Position numbers and translations under genes: made by a program
Part shown: positions 17,307 to 24,619 of the stretch, piece by piece
How the letters are laid out: every line of letters starts with the position of its first letter
Position numbering within the stretch: position 1 is the first letter of the stretch
Notes under the pieces: generated by a model
Told to the model about the DNA's origin: nothing
Databases searched by the model: none
What the model saw: only the letters and a program-made list of their open reading frames with translations
Virus record (IMG/VR): IMGVR_UViG_3300023213_000527
DNA length: 64,000 nt
Reading direction: 5' to 3' (one strand)
Origin: a virus

Positions 17307-20300
17307 TTATGGGCTCCATTTTACTGCCATCCAATCAACGCCATCTGGTGACATGATCATAAGCGCTCCGAAATTTTGTTCGATACGAGTGTTGCCAGCA
17401 AAAGCGTTAATTTTTTCTGCACCGTTAGGAGCAACCGTAATGTTGTTAGTTTCGGCACTGCCATTCTTATCCCAAACGAGAAGTAATCTTCCTGTTGTTG
17501 GAGGTGGAAGAGTGATGGTAAATGCTCCGCCACTAGAATTGCAATAAAGTAGGAGATCGGTAGTTGTTGTATCAACTGTTAACGCCGCACTAACTGATCT
17601 AGTTGTCCATCTGGTTGATCCTGTAAAAACGAGAACGCCGTTAGAAGTGCCAATCTGAACTTGACCATCTTTTGATGTTCCTGTTCCTTGTTTAAGAACG
17701 AGATTGCCGCCATTGGATGTAGTGCCGGTAGCATTTTGAGCTTGAACGGTTAATGCCTGTCCGTTAGTTGATGCTGCAGTTTGGTCAGCTTGCTTAATTG
17801 TCGGTGTAGATAATGCAGTTGGAAACTGAAGACCAGTTGAAATGGAACGCCAAATTTCAGTTCCGCCCTGCTGTGTAATGACAGTACCAGCCGCAGTCGT
17901 TCCAGTGCCAGATGTAAAGACTAAATTACCACCAGTTGAAGTAGTACCAGTAGCATTTTGAGACTGAATAGTAAATAGCTGTCCATTAGTGCTAACTGCA
18001 GTTTGATCCGCTTGTTTAATGGTCGGCGTCGAAAGACCAATTGGAAAAATATATCCGGTTGTAGTGGTTCTCCAAATTTCAGTGCCGCCTTGTTGCGTGA
18101 TAACAACACCTGCCGCTGTAGTTCCGGTGCCAGACGTAAAGACTAAATTGCCGCCAGTGGATGTAGTACCAGTTTCATTCTGGGCCTGGATGGTCGTGGT
18201 AGCACCGGTGCCGGAAGCAGTCGTCTTGTCATTTTGCTTAATCGTGATTGATGTTTTGCCCTGATCAAATGCGGCAGTTCCGGCACCAGAGTCATTGAAT
18301 GTGAAGGTTACAAGCGCTTGTACAGCACTCCCTATAGAAATGATGTCGGTGCCATTTCCAAGCGCAAATAGACCTACCTGTCCAGCGGTGGCAGTGACTC
18401 CAAGATTGGTCGCGTGTAAATATGTTGTGGTTGCGCCCCTGTATATGACGAAGCCACTTGTGCTAGTTATTGTACTATTTGCAGCAAGAGTCCATGTACT
18501 ATTCGCAGCGATTGTCCCTTGAAGAGTTGCTCCCGTCGAGAGCGTGATACTTCCATCCGTTCCTGCTCCATCCTTAGCACCTGCGCTTAACGCGAGTGTT
18601 CCACCATTACCTCCACCACCACTTTTAGCAGTTTGAGCAGTGATACTGAACGCAGCGCCGTTAGTCGCAGTAACAGCAGTATCTTGTTGGATGGTGGGAA
18701 CTATTGATTCCGCAAAACGTATTTTAGTATTATTGCCTGCAGTTCCAGTAATATCAAAAAGAATATTATCTCTACCGCTCGCAAATTCTGCATATCGGAA
18801 AGATCCGGCAGCAGCACCAGAAAATGCGGTGAAAGATCCGCCCGCACCAGAACGAGCGTTAATGGTAACAGTAAATCCATTATAGTTAGCTGACCATCCG
18901 GAAGTAGCGTTAGTATCACCAAAAGTTAGGACACCATTAGTTTGATTGATGATGATGGCATCACCCGATGCTTGATTACGACCAGTCCAAAGATTTTGAT
19001 TAGCGTAGGTTTTAGTGCGAATGATACCGGTCGCCGGAAAGGTGCCGCTACCTGAATCAAGACGGAAGCTAGGATCTGCGCCAACAAAGCGAAATGCTTC
19101 GTTGCCCAGCCGATCACGCATGAGCGTTGATTCGCCATCAATTTGCGTTTGTCCGCCAGCAGTATTTTGCGATATACGTGCGACACCAGCTGAACCCTGA
19201 GATGTAATGAAGATATTACCAGTGCTCGTGACAGCAAGATTGTTCTGCGCAAAAAGATTGACGTTGAGACCCGTAGTTGATGTGTTACCAAATGTTAATG
19301 TAGTAGCGGCGGTGGTGATAAAGTCCCCTACATTGTTAGTCCCAGTAGAGGTAAATTTATTGCCCACTGGAAATGTAACGTTATTGGATAAAGTAATAAC
19401 GCCTGCAGCAGTTGTCCCAGTTCCGGCAGTTAGAACAACATTACCTCCAGTTGAGGTAGTTCCAGTAGCATTTTGAGCTTGAATGGTTAAATTTTGTCCA
19501 TTCGTAGAAGCACCAGTTTGATCTGCTTGCTTGATCGTCGGGTTAGAAGTTGCAATAGTCCATTGAAAAGTTGCAGGAGTAATAACAATAGGAGAAGTGC
19601 CGGAAATTGCACTAACAATAGAGGCAGCAGTAGTTCCAGTAACGTCACCAGCTAGCGTTTGAGACGCTTGATTGCCAATAGGCAAAACTCCAGTAACAAA
19701 ATTAGCTCCACCCGCCAAATTCACAGGAGCATAAGTGAGAGAAGAAGCGCCATTAACTTGTAAAACATTGCCAGTAGTTAAACTTCCAGAAGCAGGAACC
19801 GAAGCGCCATTGATATTGACAACAGTAATTTTACCTGCCGTCACAGCGCTTCCAGTAGCATCGCCAGACAGAGCTGTTGCTGCCCAGTTAGAAGTGCTAG
19901 TAGCTATTAAAAATTTTCCGATGGTCAAGGCGCCAGCAGTTACTGTATTGCCTTGGATGGCAGCGACAGTAGGATTAGGATAAGTTCCAGAAAGATCTCC
20001 ACTTGCAGCGCCGCCGGCAGTAACATTGGTTCCTACCGTTAAGCTAGTTGGTTCCCAATCGACATTGCCAGCATTCCAAAGCAGAACTTGATTATTGGTT
20101 GGGGCTGCGGAAGAAACCGTTCGACTTTGGATTTTGACGACAGTGGCATTAGCAGTAGTTCCAGAAAGATCCCCACCTAGTAATTGTGAAGCTTGATTAC
20201 TTGCTGGTAGTGCTCCAGTAACAAAATTGGAGCCGCCTGCCAAATTAAGTGAGGCACCTTGCCATTGTATTCCTGTCCAAGATAAAGTGTTGCCAATGTT

Positions 20301-20660
20301 AGGAATTCCGACAGCCACTGGACGATTTTGGATTTTATTGACGGTATTACTATTGGCTGGTCCAGAAACATCGCCAATTAAAGTTGCGCTTCCACTAGTG
20401 ATGGGAAACGGCTCCCACATCTGATCGCCTAATCTCCAAGTCAAAACATAGCCGTCTGCACCTGGAAAGGCAGAAGATACTTTAAGTCCTTGAAGTCCGG
20501 AAACAGTAGGATTAGGGTAAAATCCAGAAAGGTCACCGCCCGCTGCAGTACCGCTAAAAGAAGGTCCAGGAGGTCCAGAAGGACCAACAATTTGAACGTC
20601 GGAATCGATGACATATTTGGTGCCATCCCAACGAATATATCCCTTCGGCAAAATACTCAT
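17307..20660 (-). CDS. Long repetitive tail fibre protein
   Basis: 1117 aa, Thr/Gly/Ala-rich; repeated GDLSG.YPNPTV and TIKQ.D.T...NGQ..T.Q.QNATGTTS.GGN modules; short GPSGPPGP. Confidence 0.75.
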   Translation of the reverse strand: MSILPKGYIRWDGTKYVIDSDVQIVGPSGPPGPSFSGTAAGGDLSGFYPNPTVSGLQGLKVSSAFPGADGYVLTWRLGDQMWEPFPITSGSATLIGDVSGPANSNTVNKIQNRPVAVGIPNIGNTLSWTGIQWQGASLNLAGGSNFVTGALPASNQASQLLGGDLSGTTANATVVKIQSRTVSSAAPTNNQVLLWNAGNVDWEPTSLTVGTNVTAGGAASGDLSGTYPNPTVAAIQGNTVTAGALTIGKFLIATSTSNWAATALSGDATGSAVTAGKITVVNINGASVPASGSLTTGNVLQVNGASSLTYAPVNLAGGANFVTGVLPIGNQASQTLAGDVTGTTAASIVSAISGTSPIVITPATFQWTIATSNPTIKQADQTGASTNGQNLTIQAQNATGTTSTGGNVVLTAGTGTTAAGVITLSNNVTFPVGNKFTSTGTNNVGDFITTAATTLTFGNTSTTGLNVNLFAQNNLAVTSTGNIFITSQGSAGVARISQNTAGGQTQIDGESTLMRDRLGNEAFRFVGADPSFRLDSGSGTFPATGIIRTKTYANQNLWTGRNQASGDAIIINQTNGVLTFGDTNATSGWSANYNGFTVTINARSGAGGSFTAFSGAAAGSFRYAEFASGRDNILFDITGTAGNNTKIRFAESIVPTIQQDTAVTATNGAAFSITAQTAKSGGGGNGGTLALSAGAKDGAGTDGSITLSTGATLQGTIAANSTWTLAANSTITSTSGFVIYRGATTTYLHATNLGVTATAGQVGLFALGNGTDIISIGSAVQALVTFTFNDSGAGTAAFDQGKTSITIKQNDKTTASGTGATTTIQAQNETGTTSTGGNLVFTSGTGTTAAGVVITQQGGTEIWRTTTTGYIFPIGLSTPTIKQADQTAVSTNGQLFTIQSQNATGTTSTGGNLVFTSGTGTTAAGTVITQQGGTEIWRSISTGLQFPTALSTPTIKQADQTAASTNGQALTVQAQNATGTTSNGGNLVLKQGTGTSKDGQVQIGTSNGVLVFTGSTRWTTRSVSAALTVDTTTTDLLLYCNSSGGAFTITLPPPTTGRLLLVWDKNGSAETNNITVAPNGAEKINAFAGNTRIEQNFGALMIMSPDGVDWMAVKWSP
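17680..19560 (-). repeat. Four imperfect copies of a fibre repeat module inside the tail fibre
   Basis: TIKQ(A/N)D..T...QAQN(A/E)TGTTS(T/N)GGN(L/V)V at about 17.7, 17.9, 18.2 and 19.45 kb; the 17.9 and 18.15 kb copies are also similar at DNA level. Confidence 0.75.
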
Positions 20661-20662
20661 AG

Positions 20663-20691
20663 ATTTCCTTGATTTTAGGCTTCAAGGAAAT
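20663..20691 (-). promoter_or_regulatory. 10-bp perfect hairpin overlapping the tail-fibre ribosome-binding site
   Basis: Minus strand: ATTTCCTTGA-agcctaaaa-TCAAGGAAAT-ct-ATG; the AAGGA lies in the 3' arm. Confidence 0.6.
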
Positions 20692-20692
20692 G

Positions 20693-21517
20693 TCAGATTT
20701 TTAGCAGGTGCTCAACTTTTAGGCGTTTTCTGGGAAGATAAATAGTTGCATTATTATATAGAAAATTAGCTATTCGACCAATTTGATTATTACCGCTCCA
20801 CCGTAATCTAAATGCTTTGCTGTGTTTGAATTGTTCAGGCATTTTGGTGGGATTAATATCACACTTTTGAACCAAGACTTTTTTCAAATCTTTGAGAAAC
20901 GAATAAGTGCCGATTACGCTGAATTCGTTGCTTTTATCACCAAAATAAAAACAACCATCGCCATCCACATATCCCCGGATGAAATGACGGACAAATTTGT
21001 GCTCGATTATTTTTTGAGGGAATTTATAGGTAAAAGTTTTGTTTGGTGTAATGTTGAAATTTTTAGAAGCGTCCGCAATTAATTTTTTGGAACAATAAAT
21101 GTTGATCGACGATGATTGAATAGATTTTCCTGAAACTGCATCATGAGTTTCGTAATCACCAATCGGGCCAGTAAATGCCATGGCGGTCTTCATTGTAATC
21201 AAATGTTCTCTGTCATTCCTACTAATTTGAAGACGTAAAGCGCTGGTATTGGATCTATCATCATGAATTATATTTCCATCTGCCGCTACAAAACCAGCGA
21301 GGTAAAATCCAATTTCACTATCTCTACTGAAAATATCTTCATTGACAGTGTAGATTGATTTGCCGCCAGAACTATCAACTACGATGCCTAACTGTTTAGA
21401 CCAATATTTTGTACGCGCTAAGCTTATGTCATATTTACTGGCAATTTTCGACAAACTGCCCAATTCATTATAATCACGTTGCAGCGACTCTTTGCTGGGA
21501 AATGGACATTTATTCAC
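20693..21517 (-). CDS. Free-standing double-motif LAGLIDADG homing endonuclease with N-terminal HTH
   Basis: FYLAGFVAADG and HFIRGYVDGDG, C-terminal YL.RK; own RBS AGGA before GTG. Confidence 0.88.
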   Translation of the reverse strand: MNKCPFPSKESLQRDYNELGSLSKIASKYDISLARTKYWSKQLGIVVDSSGGKSIYTVNEDIFSRDSEIGFYLAGFVAADGNIIHDDRSNTSALRLQISRNDREHLITMKTAMAFTGPIGDYETHDAVSGKSIQSSSINIYCSKKLIADASKNFNITPNKTFTYKFPQKIIEHKFVRHFIRGYVDGDGCFYFGDKSNEFSVIGTYSFLKDLKKVLVQKCDINPTKMPEQFKHSKAFRLRWSGNNQIGRIANFLYNNATIYLPRKRLKVEHLLKI

Positions 21518-21534
21518 ATTTTTGTCCTAATTAT

Positions 21535-21808
21535 AGCAGAAAACTCTCGTCTTTAAACGAGAGATGAATACGTCTGTTTGAAGAGATATTAGAAAAATAA
21601 TTCAAAACCATGCATATTGTGAGATATATTATACGTGATGTCAAAAGCCTGTGAAAGTGACGAAAACCAAGTCATTGTAGCGGGAATAAAAGCATTATTT
21701 GTCTGGTTACGGAATATAGTCGGACATTAAACAAAAACGCGGTGAGGCGCTAGTATTAACTAGGTCAATGAAACGCGAAGCTTTTGTTTTCGAGCAATAG
21801 CAATTCAC
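21535..21808 (+). mobile_element. Non-autonomous IS200/IS605 (tnpB-derived) miniature element 1
   Basis: TTAT target 5'; left-end hairpin CTCTCGT-cttta-AACGAGAG then ATGAAT; decayed TnpB C-terminus LSGYGI*SDIKQKRGEALVLTRSMKREAF; right-end hairpin then GCAATTCAC; removal restores the CAT codon of the kinase. Confidence 0.75.
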
Positions 21809-21841
21809 GTTTAGTTTCTTCTGATATTTGATGGTTAAACA

Positions 21842-21884
21842 CTTCGGTTTAATAAGAATTAATCAAATTCTTATTAAACCGAAG
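21842..21884. repeat. Perfect 19-bp inverted repeat with 5-nt loop
   Basis: CTTCGGTTTAATAAGAATT-aatca-AATTCTTATTAAACCGAAG. Confidence 0.9.
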
Positions 21885-22017
21885 AACGTCTTTTGTAGTT
21901 CTTTTTCGGAGAGAACTTGACGAGCCACTTCTGTAATCATTGGCAACTTATAATGTTCAGAAACGCAACGTGCGAGGGTCGATTTACCCGAACCGTGACA
22001 GCCCGAAAAATATACTC

Positions 22018-22194
22018 TCATTTTTGGATTTCTGTGATTAGGTTTTTGAATTCTTCCTCTGTTATTTCACAGGAATTACAAATCGTTTTCAAAGAATTTT
22101 CATGATCTCGAGCAGTAATAGCGATGATGATTTTACCGGGCGCATTAGATTTGTAACATTCAATGCTAGAATTATCTTCAAAAGTAATTTTCAT
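22018..22194 (-). CDS. Small hypothetical protein (58 aa, below the ORF-track cutoff)
   Basis: MKITFEDNSSIECYK...LITEIQK*; ATGA overlaps with both neighbours. Confidence 0.65.
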   Translation of the reverse strand: MKITFEDNSSIECYKSNAPGKIIIAITARDHENSLKTICNSCEITEEEFKNLITEIQK

Positions 22195-22400
22195 CTGATA
22201 GTTCTCAAACTAGCAACAATATCAAGTGTAGTTGATCTTGAATCTTCCAGAGGCGCGCCTTCTTTCAAGACGACAGCCTCTAGAACAGATTCGGTGGCAT
22301 TGGCAACCTGTTGATTAAGGAGATTTAAAGCTTCCTGAAAAGTTTCATGAACAATTGCTAACTCATCGGTTTTTGTTTTGAACAAACTAATGTAACTCAT
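22191..22400 (-). CDS. Hypothetical protein
   Basis: 69-aa ORF coupled to map. Confidence 0.65.
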   Translation of the reverse strand: MSYISLFKTKTDELAIVHETFQEALNLLNQQVANATESVLEAVVLKEGAPLEDSRSTTLDIVASLRTIR

Positions 22401-23200
22401 AAATTATTCCTATCAGTAATGATCTCAACATGATCTTCATGGACAAATATTGTATGTTCGAAATGTGCGCTGGCGGATGCCTCACACCATACAGTCCATC
22501 CATCTTGATCTACCCAAGTTTTTGTACTGCCATCTGTTAGCATAGGTTCAATCGCGATAGTTAATCCCGGCATAATTCTAATTCCTTCATCTACATCAGC
22601 TTTATTGGCGACAAATGGAAAAGCATGAGGAATTTCCCACTCAAGTCCGTGGCCGCCATAAGTTTGAATAATATTGAAACCTCGACCTTTAACGCACTGA
22701 GAAATCGCTTTTCCAATCACCCCCAATTGGTCTCCAACTTTGACAGCTTCGATTCCTTTCATCAAAGCTTCCTCAGTAGCAGCAATCAGTTTGAGATGTC
22801 GTGCATCTTTAGCTTTTCCATAGATACAAGTGATTGCGGTATCAGCAATAGCTCCTTCGTAAGTGGCTCCCAAATCAAAAGAAACCGTGTCACCATCCTG
22901 AAGAACATAATTTGAAGCAATGCCATGAACCAATTGTTGGTTGATAGAAATACAGGACGAATTGGGAAATCCCCGGTATCCCAAAAAGGTTGGCTTGCAA
23001 CCATTCGCAACAATAAATTCTTCAGCTATCTTGTCCAATTCTAGTAATGATTTGGTTGTTTTCTTTTGAACCAGTTCTTGTAGCAAAAGTAAAGTTTTAG
23101 CAGCTACTTTTCCAGCGATTCTTTGTTTATCTAACCAATCTTTTCCTTTTAATTTGATAAGATTGCTTGCTGCTAAAGATCCATCATTGTGCATTCGCAT
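22397..23200 (-). CDS. map: Methionine aminopeptidase type I
   Basis: CISINQQLVHGI, DTVSFDLG, IADTAIT, GGHGL, PH, AIEPML, SAHFEHTI: the metal ligands D, D, H, E, E are present. Confidence 0.93.
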   Translation of the reverse strand: MRMHNDGSLAASNLIKLKGKDWLDKQRIAGKVAAKTLLLLQELVQKKTTKSLLELDKIAEEFIVANGCKPTFLGYRGFPNSSCISINQQLVHGIASNYVLQDGDTVSFDLGATYEGAIADTAITCIYGKAKDARHLKLIAATEEALMKGIEAVKVGDQLGVIGKAISQCVKGRGFNIIQTYGGHGLEWEIPHAFPFVANKADVDEGIRIMPGLTIAIEPMLTDGSTKTWVDQDGWTVWCEASASAHFEHTIFVHEDHVEIITDRNNL

Positions 23201-23205
23201 AGTTT

Positions 23206-23451
23206 TTACTTTTTGAGATTTGATTTGATGTTAGTGATCCGTCTAATTTCTTGGACAGCTTCTTGAACATTCTGATATCCAACATATTTCTTAAATTCTG
23301 CTTCTTTTAGGATGGTAACAATTTTTTTATCGACTAGGATTAGGCTTTCATTCATGTAGCGAGTTGTTTCTTTATCCAAAGTAAAACTATTGGTAGCCAA
23401 GACAATATAATTCCTGACAGCAATCAAATCAACTACTTCTTTCAAATCCAT
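23206..23451 (-). CDS. Hypothetical protein
   Basis: Likely start MDLKEVV at 23451, right after the stop of the gene remnant. Confidence 0.65.
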   Translation of the reverse strand: MDLKEVVDLIAVRNYIVLATNSFTLDKETTRYMNESLILVDKKIVTILKEAEFKKYVGYQNVQEAVQEIRRITNIKSNLKK

Positions 23452-23453
23452 GA

Positions 23454-23898
23454 TCAATTTTCCTTTGTTTGAGTGTAGCACTCGATAATTTCACGATATC
23501 TTAGCAAGGAAGCCCATGATTTTAATCGTGGGATGAATTGCTTTTTTCTTTCTTTTTCTTAAAAACTTCAAGAACGGTGGTTATATATCTTTTGCTACCC
23601 AAATGTAACAGAAAGAGGTAAAAGATGAGTTGAAAAGTTATTATCCTACGTTTAGCGGATCGAGACCTTAAAGGCACTTCTTCGATTATTTATAATTGAA
23701 TAAGCAAACGGTTTTTTTTACAGGTCGCTATTAGAAACGCCAAACTTTATTAAGGGCTGCTGTCAATCAGCCTATTGTTGCCATTAAAAAATAACCTCTT
23801 GCTTATAGTAGGATGAGCGACAAGCCAAAGACTTTAGTCATTGGTAATTGACCAGTATCTTCTTTGATAGAATCACTAGTGGAAAGATTATATTTCAT
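23454..23898 (-). pseudogene. 3' remnant of a second allele of gene 24040..24294, split by a tnpB miniature element
   Basis: 23898..23853 encodes MKYNLSTSDSIKEDT-G and 23494..23454 continues GEIIECYTQTKEN*, against MKYNLSANDSIKEDTGEIVRGDTQIEK in the intact gene. Confidence 0.75.
23495..23852 (+). mobile_element. Non-autonomous IS200/IS605 (tnpB-derived) miniature element 3, a different family from elements 1 and 2
   Basis: TCAC target 5'; left-end hairpin GCCCATGAT-ttta-ATCGTGGG then ATGAAT; decayed LKSY-YPT; TnpB C-terminal RAAVNQPIVA and QAKDFSHW*; right end CAAGCC...GACTTTAGTC...GGTAATTGAC; excision restores the Gly codon. Confidence 0.75.
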
Positions 23899-24060
23899 GT
23901 GAATTACCATTGCCTTAAGGCAAAAGCTTCGCGTTTCATTGAACTAGTTAATACTAGCGCCTCACCGCGTTGACGAAATTTGAAGGCTTTTGCATCAGAT
24001 ATAATATATCTTACAATATGCATAGTTTTTGTAATGAGATTATTTTTCTGATATCTTTTC
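23899..24060 (-). mobile_element. Left-end-less tnpB miniature element 2 (same family as 21535..21808)
   Basis: Shares GAA.AGATAT.AGAAAAATAA...ATGCATATTGT.AGATATATTATA and ACGCGGTGAGGCGCTAGTATTAACTAG.TCAATGAAACGCGAAGCTTTTG with element 1; reads KAFKFR fused to QRGEALVLTSSMKREAFAL; ends TTGCC-ttaa-GGCAA-tgGTAATTCAC. Confidence 0.75.
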
Positions 24061-24294
24061 GATTTGAGTATCGCCCCTGACAATTTCGCCGGTATCTTCT
24101 TTGATGGAATCATTGGCGGAAAGATTATACTTCATGTAAAGCTGCAAAATTAAGTTTTTATGAGCGAGTTCTGCATTTTCATTTGCTACTATAGCTGCAA
24201 TCCTGCGTTGCTTGGCAAGCTCCAATGTTAAACGTTCTGTCTCTTCAATTTTTGTTACTAATTCTTTTTTTTCCTCAGTCATATTCGTCTCCAT
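24040..24294 (-). CDS. Hypothetical coiled-coil protein (intact allele targeted by the adjacent would-be guides)
   Basis: 84 aa; tandem paralogue of 24296..24565 (IEET.RL.LE..KQ.R...NE.AELA.K...LQLY.KY.L). Confidence 0.75.
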   Translation of the reverse strand: METNMTEEKKELVTKIEETERLTLELAKQRRIAAIVANENAELAHKNLILQLYMKYNLSANDSIKEDTGEIVRGDTQIEKISEK

Positions 24295-24295
24295 T

Positions 24296-24565
24296 TTATT
24301 TGTTTAGAGGCACTTTAGCGCCACCTTTAATAATACTTCCGTCTTCATTAAGAGCATCTTCACTTGTTAATGAATATTTAACATATAACTGCAATACAAC
24401 ATATTTGTAGGCTAATTCGGCAGCCTCATTTTGAGCTAATGCTTTTTCGGCATTTGCCAAAGCAGTTAATCTTTTTTGTTTGGATATTTCCAATAGTAAC
24501 CGATCTGTTTCTTCAATTTTTAATGAAAGCGCGCTCGATGTTATTTCTTTGGTTTCTTCGTTCAT
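24296..24565 (-). CDS. Hypothetical coiled-coil protein, tandem paralogue of 24040..24294
   Basis: Shared motifs as above; likely start MNEETK after AGGAG. Confidence 0.75.
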   Translation of the reverse strand: MNEETKEITSSALSLKIEETDRLLLEISKQKRLTALANAEKALAQNEAAELAYKYVVLQLYVKYSLTSEDALNEDGSIIKGGAKVPLNK

Positions 24566-24610
24566 AAAAATCTCCTGAATTGCCATATATCATGCCAAGC
24601 AGTTATTTAA

Positions 24611-24619
24611 ATTATATCA
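24611..24619 (-). promoter_or_regulatory. Extended -10 promoter (TGnTATAAT)
   Basis: TGATATAAT on the minus strand; a second TGATATAT at 24585-24592. Confidence 0.55.

Larger units (their letters stand above)
21527..22021 (-). pseudogene. Truncated and disrupted P-loop NTPase/kinase (AAA_28/NadR-like)
   Basis: MRVYFSGCHGSGKSTLAR...ITEVARQVLSEKELQ, then a 1-nt frameshift, DVLRFNKNLINSY*TEVFNHQISEETK-H; the His codon is split by the tnpB miniature element and the frame ends at TAG 21527. Confidence 0.7.

Noticed and set aside
20693-21517. Intein or group I intron context for the free-standing LAGLIDADG
   Set aside because: No Cys...His-Asn splice ends, no downstream exon of the kinase and no recognisable intron core.
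21515-21534. Stop-codon recoding (TAG read-through) fusing the kinase remnant to the LAGLIDADG gene
   Set aside because: Long genes are uninterrupted in the standard code, TAG serves as a normal stop at 3541, and the TAGGA doubles as the endonuclease RBS.
23495-23852. IscB/HEARO element on the minus strand (GTCAATTACC...GGCTTG start)
   Set aside because: The same ends read as a TnpB element on the plus strand, where RAAVNQPIVA, QAKDFSHW* and an RBS are present. No IscB coding remnant was seen.
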